From NCBI GenBank assembly GCA_017577575.2, contig PKRG02000004.1:28742-92741 (forward strand): a stretch of 64,000 nt of DNA. Direction: 5' to 3'. Origin of the DNA: Acidimicrobiia bacterium. Its GTDB lineage: Bacteria > Actinomycetota > Acidimicrobiia > Spongiisociales > ZC4RG35. Positions 26,860 to 36,127 of the stretch are shown piece after piece (the first letter of the stretch is position 1; each line of letters opens with the position of its first letter). The notes under the pieces are model-generated. The model saw nothing but the letters and a program-made list of their open reading frames with translations, ran no database searches and was not told where the DNA came from. Both the position numbers and the translations under genes were made by a program.

Positions 26860-27640
26860 CGTCTGGACGAAGACCCTGTGGGACAACCGGCGCAGCCTCC
26901 TCGGCTGGGCGGTGGGGCTGATCGGCGTGACCCTCGTCTACGGCGCCTTCTACCCGTACATGGCCGAGCCTGGCTACGCCGACCTGCTCGACACGCTGCC
27001 GCAGGGGTTGATCGAGGCGATGGGGTGGGAGGACTTCACCTCGGCCGAGGGCTACATGGGCGCGGCGGTGTTCGGGGTCCTCGGCCAGGTGCTGACCGTC
27101 GTCATGGCCGTCGGCTTGGGCGCCCGGATGATCGCCGGCGACGAAGAGACCGGCGGGATGGAGCTGCTGATCGCCCATCCGGTGAGCCGAAGGCGCGTCG
27201 TGATCCAGCGTGCCGTCTCGCTCACCCTCTCGATGGCGCTCGCCGGGTCGGTCGTGTTCCTGGCGGTCCTCGCCCTCAGCGAGCCCATCGACCTCGGCAT
27301 ACCGGTGGGGAACCTGGCGGCCGCTTCCTTCCAGATGGCGCTCCTCGGACTGGTCTTCGGCGCGTTGGCCATGGCCGTCGGAGGGATCCGGGGTCGACGA
27401 GGGCTGGTGGTCGGCGTGACCGCGGCTGCGGCGGTTGTCGCCTATCTGGCCGACACGGTGGCACCGATGGTCGAGGCGCTCACCTGGATCGAGGATCTCT
27501 CGCCTTTCGACTGGTACGAGCCGACGGCGATCCTCCGGGATGGTGTCACGACCGGAGACGCCCTCCTCTCCTTGGGCGTCGTCGTCTTCTTCGTGGCGGT
27601 GGCGGCGGTGGCCTTCGATCGCCGCGACGTCGGTGTCTGA
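26849..27640 (+). CDS. ABC-2 type transporter permease
   Basis: 263 aa, ~6 TM helices. 11-nt overlap with the ATPase gene. Confidence 0.75.
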   Translation: MFRDVWTKTLWDNRRSLLGWAVGLIGVTLVYGAFYPYMAEPGYADLLDTLPQGLIEAMGWEDFTSAEGYMGAAVFGVLGQVLTVVMAVGLGARMIAGDEETGGMELLIAHPVSRRRVVIQRAVSLTLSMALAGSVVFLAVLALSEPIDLGIPVGNLAAASFQMALLGLVFGALAMAVGGIRGRRGLVVGVTAAAAVVAYLADTVAPMVEALTWIEDLSPFDWYEPTAILRDGVTTGDALLSLGVVVFFVAVAAVAFDRRDVGV

Positions 27641-30392
27641 GTCGGCGGCACACGATCCCGATAACCTCCTCTCGGTGAGCGACCGCGACCAGGCACTCCG
27701 CGCCGACATACGCCGACTGGGGGCCCAGCTCGGGGAGGCGTTGACCCGCCAGCACGGCCCTCGCCTGCTGGAGCTGGTCGAGGAGGTCCGCGCCCTCACG
27801 AAGACGAGCCGCCAGACCGACAGCGCCGAGCCGGTCGAAAAGCTGGATGCGCTGCTCGAGTCTCTCGACCTCGAAGAGACCATCCAGCTCATGCGGGCCT
27901 TCACCGCCTACTTCTACCTGGCGAACGTCGCCGAGCAGGTCCACCGGGTCGAAGAGCTCGCCGACCAGGAGGAACAGCACCGCCTGTCGGTGACGGTCGA
28001 TCGGATCCTCGCTTCCCGCCTCGATCCCGACCTGGTGGCCGAGGTCCTCTCCCGGCTCGAGCTCCGGCCAGTCTTCACCGCACACCCGACGGAGGCGGCG
28101 CGTCGCACGATCCTGACGAAGCTGCGGACCTTGGCCGACCTGCTCGACGAGCGTCTCGACCCGCGCTCCACCGACCACGACAGAGCCCGCATCGATCGCC
28201 GGGTGGCCGAGATCATCGACCAGATCTGGCAAACCGACGAGCTCCGTCAGGTGCGCCCCGAGCCCATCGACGAAGCCCGGTCCATGGCCTTCTATCTCGA
28301 CCAACTCTTCACGGACGTGCTCCCGGCGCTGGGCGAGGCGATCGACCTGGAGCTGGACCGGCTCGCGCCCGGGTTCCACGCTCCGATCCGGTTCGGCACC
28401 TGGGTGGGCGGCGACCGCGACGGCAATCCCCACGTGACGCCGGAGGTCACCCTGCGGGTCCTGGAGATGCAGCACGACCGCGGCCTGCGCAACCTCATAG
28501 CCGCCGTGGAGGAGGTGGCAGAGGAGCTGTCCACGTCGGAGCGGATCCAGGACATCTCGGCGGAGCTGCGTGCGTCCCTCGACGAGGACCGCCGGCTCCT
28601 GCCGTCCGTGTGGGCCCGGTTCAGCCGCCTCAACGCCGGCGAGCCCTACCGGCTCAAGTGCGCCTACATCCACCAGCGACTGATCAACACCCGTCAACGG
28701 ATCCTGGAGGGCTCCCGCCACGAGCCGGGCCTGGACTATCGGAGCCCTTCCGAGCTCCTGGCCGAGCTCGAGCTCATGCGGGACAGCCTGATGGCCCACA
28801 ACGGCCAGCTCATCGCCGAAGGCGTGCTGGCCCGGCTGATCCGCAACGTCGTCACCTTCGGGTTCCACCTCGCCACGATGGACGTCCGCGAGCACGCCCG
28901 CCGCCACGAAGAGGCGGTCACTGCCCTGTACGCCCGCCTCGGCGTGGACTACGGGTCGCTGCCCCCGAAGGAGCGGACCGAGCTCCTCGCCCGGGAGCTG
29001 GAGGGCCTGCGACCCCTCTCCTCCCCTGCCACTCACCTCGACGAGCGGGCGTCGGCCACGCTCGAGATCTTCCGGGCCATCCGCCAGGCCCACGAGCGCT
29101 ACGGCGAGCACGTGATCGAGTCCTACATCGTCTCGATGGCGGCGGGAGCCGACGACGTGTTGGAAGCCGTCGTCCTGGCCCGCGAGGCAGGCCTGGTCGA
29201 TGCCGCCGCCGGGGTCGCCCGCATCGGCTTCGTTCCTCTCGTGGAGACGATCCCCGACCTGAGACGGGCAGGAGACCTCCTCGACGATCTGCTGTCGATC
29301 CCGGCGTATCGCCGGCTGGTGGAGCTGCGCGGGAACGTCCAGGAGGTGATGCTCGGCTACTCCGACTCCAACAAGGCCGGGGGAATCACCACCTCCCAGT
29401 GGGAGATCTACAAGGCACAGAAGGCGCTGCGCAGCGCCGCCAGCCGCAACGGCGTGACGCTTCGGCTCTTCCACGGCCGCGGCGGCACCGTGGGCCGGGG
29501 CGGTGGGCCCACCCACCAGGCGATCCTCGCTCAGCCGTTCGGGACGATCGACGGTGCCATCAAGGTCACCGAGCAGGGAGAGGTCGTTTCCGACAAGTAC
29601 GGCCTGCCCGAGCTCGCCAGCCGCAACCTGGAGCTGGCGATGGCCTCCGTGCTCGAGGCTTCGCTCCTCCATCGCGAGTCTCGCCAGCCGAAGGAAGTCC
29701 TCGACCGCTGGACGGAAGCGATGGAGGCCTTCTCGGAGGGCGCTCACCGCGCCTATCGCCGCCTCGTGGAGGACCCGTCGCTCGTGCCATATTTCCTGTC
29801 GTCGACGCCGGTCGAAGAGCTAGCCGACATGAACATCGGCTCCCGGCCCTCCCGACGACCCGAGGGTGGGGGGACGCTCGACGACTTGCGGGCCATCCCG
29901 TGGGTGTTCGGCTGGACGCAGTCCCGCCAGATCATCCCCGGCTGGTACGGCGTCGGGTCGGGGCTGGTCGCCGCCCGGGACGCCGGGTACGGGGAGGTCC
30001 TCGACGACATGTACGAGAAGTGGCTGTTCCTGCAGACGTTCCTCTCCAACGTCGAGATGACCCTCTTCAAGACCGACCTCGAGATCACCCGCCGCTACGT
30101 CGACCGCCTGGTGGAGCCGGCCCACCACCACATCTTCGACATGATCTACGAGGAGTACGACCGCACGGTCGCGGAGTTGCTCCGCCTCACCGGCCAGCCG
30201 GAGCTGCTGTCCTCCAACCCGCTCCTCCGCCGAACGCTGCAGGTGCGCGACGCCTATCTGGACCCTATCAACCACCTGCAAGCGTCGCTCCTCGCCCGAG
30301 CGCGTCGCATGGGCACTCCCGACCCGGACCTGCAGCGGGCCATCCTCCTCACCGTCAACGGCATCGCCGCCGGGATGAGGAACACGGGTTGA
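27633..30392 (+). CDS. ppc: Phosphoenolpyruvate carboxylase
   Basis: Track ORF 27435..30392 trimmed. LRADIRRLGAQLG..., VFTAHPTEAARRT, GYSDSNKAGG, FHGRGGTVGRGGGP, ends ...NGIAAGMRNTG. The start is GTG 27633 (overlaps the permease stop) or GTG 27675. Confidence 0.9.
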   Translation: MSESAAHDPDNLLSVSDRDQALRADIRRLGAQLGEALTRQHGPRLLELVEEVRALTKTSRQTDSAEPVEKLDALLESLDLEETIQLMRAFTAYFYLANVAEQVHRVEELADQEEQHRLSVTVDRILASRLDPDLVAEVLSRLELRPVFTAHPTEAARRTILTKLRTLADLLDERLDPRSTDHDRARIDRRVAEIIDQIWQTDELRQVRPEPIDEARSMAFYLDQLFTDVLPALGEAIDLELDRLAPGFHAPIRFGTWVGGDRDGNPHVTPEVTLRVLEMQHDRGLRNLIAAVEEVAEELSTSERIQDISAELRASLDEDRRLLPSVWARFSRLNAGEPYRLKCAYIHQRLINTRQRILEGSRHEPGLDYRSPSELLAELELMRDSLMAHNGQLIAEGVLARLIRNVVTFGFHLATMDVREHARRHEEAVTALYARLGVDYGSLPPKERTELLARELEGLRPLSSPATHLDERASATLEIFRAIRQAHERYGEHVIESYIVSMAAGADDVLEAVVLAREAGLVDAAAGVARIGFVPLVETIPDLRRAGDLLDDLLSIPAYRRLVELRGNVQEVMLGYSDSNKAGGITTSQWEIYKAQKALRSAASRNGVTLRLFHGRGGTVGRGGGPTHQAILAQPFGTIDGAIKVTEQGEVVSDKYGLPELASRNLELAMASVLEASLLHRESRQPKEVLDRWTEAMEAFSEGAHRAYRRLVEDPSLVPYFLSSTPVEELADMNIGSRPSRRPEGGGTLDDLRAIPWVFGWTQSRQIIPGWYGVGSGLVAARDAGYGEVLDDMYEKWLFLQTFLSNVEMTLFKTDLEITRRYVDRLVEPAHHHIFDMIYEEYDRTVAELLRLTGQPELLSSNPLLRRTLQVRDAYLDPINHLQASLLARARRMGTPDPDLQRAILLTVNGIAAGMRNTG

Positions 30393-30688
30393 CCCGGAGC
30401 TTCGACGACGCGGTCCTCGAGGTCCTCCGCCGCCTGCAGCCCGGCGAGGTCGTCACCTACGGGGAGGTCGCCGAGGAAGCCGGCTTCCCGGGAGCGGCCC
30501 GGGCGGTGGGCACGTTCCTGCGGCGAACCGGCGAGGAGGTGCCCTGGTGGAGGGTCGTGGCCGCAGGAGGGCATCTCCGCGCTCCCGATCGCCGCCTCCA
30601 GACCGAGCTGCTGCGGGCCGAGGGCGTGGTGGTCCGCTCGGGGCGGGTCGTGGCGGCGGCGAGGCAGACCCGCCAGCCGACGGGATAG
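30389..30688 (+). CDS. MGMT-fold DNA-binding protein lacking the acceptor Cys (alkyltransferase-like, Atl/YbaZ-type)
   Basis: Tail of track ORF 28610..30688. The TTG start overlaps the ppc TGA (TTGA). Sequence: VVTYGEVAEEAGFPGAARAVGTFL...VPWWRVV. PWWRV replaces the PCHRV active site. Confidence 0.7.
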   Translation: MTRSFDDAVLEVLRRLQPGEVVTYGEVAEEAGFPGAARAVGTFLRRTGEEVPWWRVVAAGGHLRAPDRRLQTELLRAEGVVVRSGRVVAAARQTRQPTG

Positions 30689-30719
30689 GCTGATCTGAGC
30701 CGTCCAACGGAAGCGAGAG

Positions 30720-32027
30720 ATGAACGCGGTCGAACTCATCGAGCGGAAACGGGACGGCCAGCGTCTCACCGAGGACGAGATCCGCTGGCTGATCCAGGCT
30801 TACACGGACGGCACCGTCACCGACTACCAGATGTCGGCGATGGCCATGGCCATCTACTTCAACGGTCTCGACGCCGAGGAGCTGTGGGCGTGGACCGGCG
30901 CCATGCTCGAGTCCGGGGAGGTCCTCGACCTCTCCGACATCGACAAGCCGAAAGTCGACAAGCACTCGACTGGCGGCGTCGGCGACAAGGTCTCGATACC
31001 CCTCGCGCCCCTCGTCGCCTCCTGTGGGGTGGCCGTGCCGATGATGTCGGGCCGTGGCCTGGGCCACACCGGGGGCACGCTCGACAAGCTGGAGTCGATC
31101 CCCGGGTTCGTGGCCGAGCTCGACGCCCGGACCTTCCACGACATCCTCGCCCGGGTGGGCGTGGTGATGGCCGGTCAGTCCGAGACGCTCGTTCCGGCGG
31201 ACCGCAAGCTCTACGCCCTGCGCGACGCCAGCGGCACCGTCCCCTCGATCCCGTTGATCGCGTCGTCGATCATGTCGAAGAAGCTGGCCGAGGACCTCGA
31301 CGGCCTCGTCCTCGACGTCAAGGTCGGGGAGGGCGCGTTCATGCGCGACATGGGCCGGGCCCGCCAGCTGGCCGAGACGATGATCGGCATCGGCCGGTCA
31401 CACGGCCTCGCCGTCACCGCCCTGATCACCGACATGAGCCAGCCGCTCGGTCGGATGGTGGGCAACGCCAACGAGATCGCCGAGTCCATCGATGTGCTCG
31501 CCGGGCGGGGCCCCGACGACCTCGTCGAGATCACCGTGGCCTTGGCCGTCGAGATGCTGGAGCTGGCCGGGATCGACGACCCCCGGACGGCGGTCGACGA
31601 GGCGCTGTCGTCGGGTGCGGCATTGGAGAAGTTCGAAGAGCTGGTGGAGGCTCACGGCGGCGACCCCGCGGTGGTGTCCGACCGCTCTCTCCTCCCTTCC
31701 GCTCCCGAGCAGACCCCCATCCGGGCTGAGGCCGGGGGCTACGTGGCGGCATGCGATGCCCGCGCCATCGGCCTGGCGGCGATGCGCCTGGGAGCGGGCC
31801 GGGAGCGCAAGGAGGACGACATCGACCCCGGGGTCGGCATCGAGGTCCTGAAGAAGGTCGGCGACGAGGTCTCTCCCGGCGACGTCCTGGGGGTCCTCCA
31901 TCACCGTCCGGGCGACATCAGTGACGCGCTGGCCCGGGCGAGCTCGGCGTGGGCGATCTCGGAAGAGCCGACGTCTCCCCCACGTCTCATCCACGACCGG
32001 ATCGAGTCCTCGGGCCCCAGTATTTGA
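30720..32027 (+). CDS. deoA: Thymidine/pyrimidine-nucleoside phosphorylase
   Basis: MNAVELIERKRDGQRLTEDEIRWLIQAYTDGTVTDYQMSAMAMAI...DKHSTGGVGDKVS. Confidence 0.9.
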   Translation: MNAVELIERKRDGQRLTEDEIRWLIQAYTDGTVTDYQMSAMAMAIYFNGLDAEELWAWTGAMLESGEVLDLSDIDKPKVDKHSTGGVGDKVSIPLAPLVASCGVAVPMMSGRGLGHTGGTLDKLESIPGFVAELDARTFHDILARVGVVMAGQSETLVPADRKLYALRDASGTVPSIPLIASSIMSKKLAEDLDGLVLDVKVGEGAFMRDMGRARQLAETMIGIGRSHGLAVTALITDMSQPLGRMVGNANEIAESIDVLAGRGPDDLVEITVALAVEMLELAGIDDPRTAVDEALSSGAALEKFEELVEAHGGDPAVVSDRSLLPSAPEQTPIRAEAGGYVAACDARAIGLAAMRLGAGRERKEDDIDPGVGIEVLKKVGDEVSPGDVLGVLHHRPGDISDALARASSAWAISEEPTSPPRLIHDRIESSGPSI

Positions 32028-32039
32028 GTGTGCACTCAA
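32024..32039. promoter_or_regulatory. AT-rich perfect palindrome TTGAGTG-TG-CACTCAA upstream of etfBA (operator or short hairpin)
   Basis: 7-bp arms with a 2-bp spacer. It overlaps the deoA stop codon and is embedded in an unusually AT-rich 40 bp (tatttgagtgtgcactcaatatttgtggcatagttagcat), about 50 bp upstream of the etfB ATG. Confidence 0.35.
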
Positions 32040-32089
32040 TATTTGTGGCATAGTTAGCATCGCCACAGCTACGAGAAGGAGGAGCCCGC

Positions 32090-32848
32090 ATGCAGGTGGT
32101 CGTCTGCGTGAAGCAGATCCCCGACCCCTCCGGCACTTACACCCTCGATCCCGAGACGCACTTCTTGGTCAGGCCGGACGAGCAGGTCCTGGACGACACC
32201 GACCGTTACGGCGTCGAGATGGGGCTGCAGATCGCCCAGGCCCACGGCGGATCGGTGACATTGGTGTCGATGGGCCCCAAGGGATCGATGCAGGGGATCC
32301 GTCAGGCCCTGGCGATGGGAGCCGACCGCGCCGTGGTGGTCGACGACGCCGACCTCAAGGGATCGGACGCCCTGACCACGGCCCAGGTGCTGGCAGCCGC
32401 CATCCAGCGCACCGGATTCGACCTCGTGATCACCGGCACCGAATCGACCGACGGCTATTCCGGCGTCGTGCCCCAGATGCTCGCCGAGCTGCTCGACGTC
32501 CCCGCCCTCACCTATGCCACCGAGGTCGAGGCGCGCGACGGCAAGGTGACCATCAACCGCCAGACCAGCGCCGGCTACGACGTCGTGGAGGCGTCACTGC
32601 CCGCGGTGGTGTCGGTCACCGCCGGAGTCGTCGAGCCCCGCTACCCGACCTTCAAGGGGATCATGGACGCCAAGAAGAAGGAGGTCGAGGAGCTCACCGC
32701 CTCCGATCTGGGTGTCGACACCTCCCTCCGCCAGCGCGTGACCGCCGTGGAGCCCGCCCCCGAGCGGGAGGCCGGCGTCAAGATCGAAGACGACGGTGAG
32801 GCGCACCTGAAGGTCGTGGAGCTGCTCCAGCAGAAGAAGGTGATCTGA
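32090..32848 (+). CDS. etfB: Electron transfer flavoprotein beta subunit
   Basis: MQVVVCVKQIPDPS... is the typical EtfB N-terminus. SD GGAGGAG upstream. Confidence 0.9.
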   Translation: MQVVVCVKQIPDPSGTYTLDPETHFLVRPDEQVLDDTDRYGVEMGLQIAQAHGGSVTLVSMGPKGSMQGIRQALAMGADRAVVVDDADLKGSDALTTAQVLAAAIQRTGFDLVITGTESTDGYSGVVPQMLAELLDVPALTYATEVEARDGKVTINRQTSAGYDVVEASLPAVVSVTAGVVEPRYPTFKGIMDAKKKEVEELTASDLGVDTSLRQRVTAVEPAPEREAGVKIEDDGEAHLKVVELLQQKKVI

Positions 32849-32849
32849 G

Positions 32850-33800
32850 ATGGCAAGCGTGTGGGTTTTCATCGAGGAAGAAGACGGCGCCCCCGCCACG
32901 GTCGGCCTCGAGCTGTTGACCAAGGCGAGGTCGCTGGGTGACGTCACCGTCGTGTACTCCGGCCCCGGCTCCGACCAGGCCTTCGCCACTCTGGGCGAGC
33001 ACGGCGCGGCGCGGGTGCTGCACGCCGATCCCGGCGACGCCCTCCCTTCGGCTCCCGTGGCCGCGGCGATCGCGGCTCGCTGCGAATCGGAGGCTCCCGA
33101 TCTCATCCTCTTCGGCCAGACCTACACCGACCGCGACGTCGCCGGTCGCCTCGCTGCCCGGCTCGGACGGTCGGTCCTCTCCAACGCCTCCGACGTCGAG
33201 CTCCGGGACGAAGCCGTGGTCACCACCCACGAGATCAGCGGCGGCACGCAGATCGCGACCGCGGAAGTGGCCGGCGAAAAGCCCCACATCGTTCTCGTTC
33301 GACCCAAGTCGTTCCCCGTCGAGCCGGCGGGCGGTGGCGCCCCCCAGGTCGAGAAGCTCGACCTCCCCGACGTCGGGCGCTCGGCGGCCCGCATCGTCGA
33401 GCACCACGTCGAGGAGCGGGAGGGGCCGCAACTGGAAGACGCCGCCGTGATCGTCTCCGGTGGCCGGGGCTTGGGCTCCGCCGAGGCGTTCGGCATGGTC
33501 GAGAGGCTGGCCAAGCTGCTCAATGCCGCCACCGGCGCCACCCGCGCCATCGTCGACGCCGGATGGGTGCCATATGCCATGCAGGTCGGCCAAACCGGCA
33601 AGACGGTCAAGCCCGACGTCTACATCGCCTGTGGCATCTCGGGCGCCATGCAGCACCTCGTGGGGATGAAGGATTCGAAGACGATCATCGCCATCAACAA
33701 GGACCCGGACGCGCCGATCTTCTCGATCGCCGACCTGGGCATCGTCGGCGACGTCCACAACGTCCTCCCCAAGCTGATCGAGGCTCTCGAGAACCGCTGA
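32850..33800 (+). CDS. etfA: Electron transfer flavoprotein alpha subunit
   Basis: C-terminal FAD block ...VSGGRGLGS...[11 protein letters not shown]...[29 protein letters not shown]... Confidence 0.9.
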   Translation: MASVWVFIEEEDGAPATVGLELLTKARSLGDVTVVYSGPGSDQAFATLGEHGAARVLHADPGDALPSAPVAAAIAARCESEAPDLILFGQTYTDRDVAGRLAARLGRSVLSNASDVELRDEAVVTTHEISGGTQIATAEVAGEKPHIVLVRPKSFPVEPAGGGAPQVEKLDLPDVGRSAARIVEHHVEEREGPQLEDAAVIVSGGRGLGSAEAFGMVERLAKLLNAATGATRAIVDAGWVPYAMQVGQTGKTVKPDVYIACGISGAMQHLVGMKDSKTIIAINKDPDAPIFSIADLGIVGDVHNVLPKLIEALENR

Positions 33801-33801
33801 C

Positions 33802-35400
33802 TCAGTCGGTGGCTCGCCCGACGGCGACGGCCTCCACGTGGTCGCCGTCGGGCGACATCCCCACCACCATCACGAAGCCGCGAGCGGCGTGGAGGTCGAC
33901 GTCCCCGGCGGTGTCCCGCCCGGTGATCTCATCCCAGGTCGACTCGCTCCATCGGGTGCCGTCGAGGCTGTGGATCACCCGCGGACCGGGAGTCGGGCGC
34001 GGGCTCACGAGCGGGGCGGTCATCGCCATCCACCGGTCGATCGGCATCGAGAAGGACCCTCCCGAACCCTCGAAGACGATGTGCTGGTCGACCAACCGCG
34101 CCGTCGACCCGGGGTCTCGGTCGCTCCAGACGACTTCGCCGTCCCTGAGGACAGCCAGCCCATCCGTGGTCTGCAACCGGTAGCTGTGGTCGCCGACCAG
34201 GACGGGGCGGCTCTCCGGGCGGACGTCTCCGCTCGGCCGCTCCCGCTCCAGGATGGCGATCCCCACCTCCGACCCTGCCGCCAGCGCCTGGTAGCGGTCG
34301 GGGTGGAACCCGAGCACAGGCGGCAGCAGGATCTCGGCGTCGGTAGTTCCGGGACGCCACCAGAAAGGCGCCCCGCTGCGTCCCGCTGCCGCGATGCCGT
34401 TCACCCACGGCGCGATGTCGAAAGCGGTCGCGCTCACCGGTGCCAGCTCCCACTGATGGCCATCGGGCGAGGTCAGTAGGACACCCTCCGACAGCCCGAC
34501 ATAGAGGCCGCCTGGCGTGCGAACGATCTCCTGTGGCACGGGCTCGGACGACGTGGCGATGTCGAGGAGGTCCAGGGAGTGGAGGTCGTCTCCGGTCCAG
34601 ATCGCCCGCTCCCTCACCCCTATGACGGGCTCGAATCGGGGAATGTCGGCTGTCGGGATCTCGGCGACCAACAGACCCGGGTTCAGGCGGATCCGCACCC
34701 GGTCGGGCCACACTTCGGCGCGGGCGTGGCCGTCGCGGAGGAGGCTCCCGAACGGCTCGGTCAGGTACTGGGCGACCGGGTTGGGCCCCACCCACCCTTG
34801 CACGAGGTAGCCGTCGGCGACGGGTTGGATCGCAGTGAACTCCGTGACGGCCGTCTGCGGCTCTGGGAGCGGCACCTCGCGGAACGCCCATTGGGACCCG
34901 TCCGGGGAGACGAAGATGAAGTTCTTCCACCTTCCGGTGCTCCAGCCGGAAACGGCTATCGCCAGTTCGTCCTCGGTGGCGCTGACGGCGTCGATGCTCC
35001 AATCGCCGGTGATGGTGATCGGCCCCTCCTCGGACCAGCGGACGCCGTCGGTGCTCGTCCAGACGGTGATGCCGCGGTCCTCCGTGCCGAACAACCAGTA
35101 GAGATCGCGGAACTCCACCACTCCGCCGATCTGTCGGGCGTCACCCAAGCCGACCGCCTTCGTCCACTCGAGTGTCCGGGAGACGACTTCCCCTTCGGCC
35201 ATGCTCGGCGGCACGGTGACCATGGGGATGTCGGGGAGCGTAGAGCCGGGCGGGTCGAGCTCGTTGGCCGCCGACGACGTGACCACGGCGATGACGACGA
35301 CCACCGCCACGCCGGCCAGCGCCGCCCAGACCCCTTTCAGCGGCGGCGAGTCGGGCTCTTCTCTTCGCTCGTCGTCGAGGAGAACGCCACGCTGGTCCAC
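33802..35400 (-). CDS. N-terminally membrane-anchored protein with four Asp-box-like (S-x-D-G-x-x-W) motifs; probable beta-propeller
   Basis: Track ORF 33802..35991 trimmed to GTG 35400 (start uncertain). TM helix [21 protein letters not shown]. Motifs [32 protein letters not shown]. The upstream part of the track ORF is R/P-rich and overlaps the neighbouring gene. Confidence 0.65.
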   Translation of the reverse strand: MDQRGVLLDDERREEPDSPPLKGVWAALAGVAVVVVIAVVTSSAANELDPPGSTLPDIPMVTVPPSMAEGEVVSRTLEWTKAVGLGDARQIGGVVEFRDLYWLFGTEDRGITVWTSTDGVRWSEEGPITITGDWSIDAVSATEDELAIAVSGWSTGRWKNFIFVSPDGSQWAFREVPLPEPQTAVTEFTAIQPVADGYLVQGWVGPNPVAQYLTEPFGSLLRDGHARAEVWPDRVRIRLNPGLLVAEIPTADIPRFEPVIGVRERAIWTGDDLHSLDLLDIATSSEPVPQEIVRTPGGLYVGLSEGVLLTSPDGHQWELAPVSATAFDIAPWVNGIAAAGRSGAPFWWRPGTTDAEILLPPVLGFHPDRYQALAAGSEVGIAILERERPSGDVRPESRPVLVGDHSYRLQTTDGLAVLRDGEVVWSDRDPGSTARLVDQHIVFEGSGGSFSMPIDRWMAMTAPLVSPRPTPGPRVIHSLDGTRWSESTWDEITGRDTAGDVDLHAARGFVMVVGMSPDGDHVEAVAVGRATD

Positions 35401-35488
35401 CCATCCGAGCCTACGCCGGCGAGGACGGCCGCGTTGATCGAACGCCTGCCCGATCCTGCCCCGGCCTCGGTACCCCTCGGACAGGTCC

Positions 35489-36127
35489 TCACGGGGTCTC
35501 GTCCGACACCGGCTCCCCTCCGCCTGAGTCGGCCGGTGCTTCCTCTTCCACGAGGGTCGTGGTGGTGGTGCCGGCAGGATCCGGTGCCTCGTCTGCGGGG
35601 ACGGTGCTCGTGGTGGTCGTGGTGGTGGCCGTCTCCTCGGGTGTCTCCGTCGCCTCGGGCTCCGAATCCGGCGGTTGGGTCTCGGCCGGATCGGTCGTGG
35701 TCGTGGTGGATCCGGCCGAGCGATCGTCGGGCTCCGGCTCGGCGGCTGCTCGCCGCGTCGGATCCGGGTCCTGGCGCGGCCAAGTGCATTCCTCCCCCGG
35801 CTGCACGACGTAGCTCGGATGTGCGTCGGAGAAGCCCTCCTGGGCGTCCACGCTGTGGACGCTGACGTGGATCGGGTTCTCTCCCGGGGCGAGGAAGTAG
35901 TTGCCGGGCGAGCCGACGACTTTGCACACCCACACCTTCCCGTCGGCGGCCTCGTCGGTGACCTCGTCGGAGGTCTCGTCCTGCTGGCCATCGCCCGAGA
36001 CGCCTGCTGCCGTCACCGTGTACCGCCACGACCCCGAGTCGGAGAAGAACCCGAACGAAGGCGCGATCGTCGAAGCGGCCAGTGCGGCGACGATCACCGC
36101 CAGGGCGATTCTCGTGAGACGGCTCAT
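35489..36127 (-). CDS. Secreted protein with SipW-cognate-like signal peptide, small Cys-containing domain and Thr/Pro/Glu-rich tail
   Basis: Track ORF 35489..36565 trimmed to ATG 36127, which overlaps the sipW stop (ATGA). MSRLTRIALAVIVAALAASTIAPSFGFFSDSGSW..., then KVWVCKVVGSPGNYFLAPGENPIHVSV...GFSDAHPSYVV, then a T/P/E/D-rich tail. Confidence 0.7.
   Translation of the reverse strand: MSRLTRIALAVIVAALAASTIAPSFGFFSDSGSWRYTVTAAGVSGDGQQDETSDEVTDEAADGKVWVCKVVGSPGNYFLAPGENPIHVSVHSVDAQEGFSDAHPSYVVQPGEECTWPRQDPDPTRRAAAEPEPDDRSAGSTTTTTDPAETQPPDSEPEATETPEETATTTTTTSTVPADEAPDPAGTTTTTLVEEEAPADSGGGEPVSDETP

Noticed and set aside
27546-29747. 733-aa minus-strand ORF antisense to ppc, plus the 692-aa +2-frame ORF 28610..30688
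   Set aside because: The sequences are R/G/P-rich with no recognisable domains, while ppc in the other frame is unambiguous. Only the last 99 codons of 28610..30688, after the ppc stop, were kept as the Atl-like gene.
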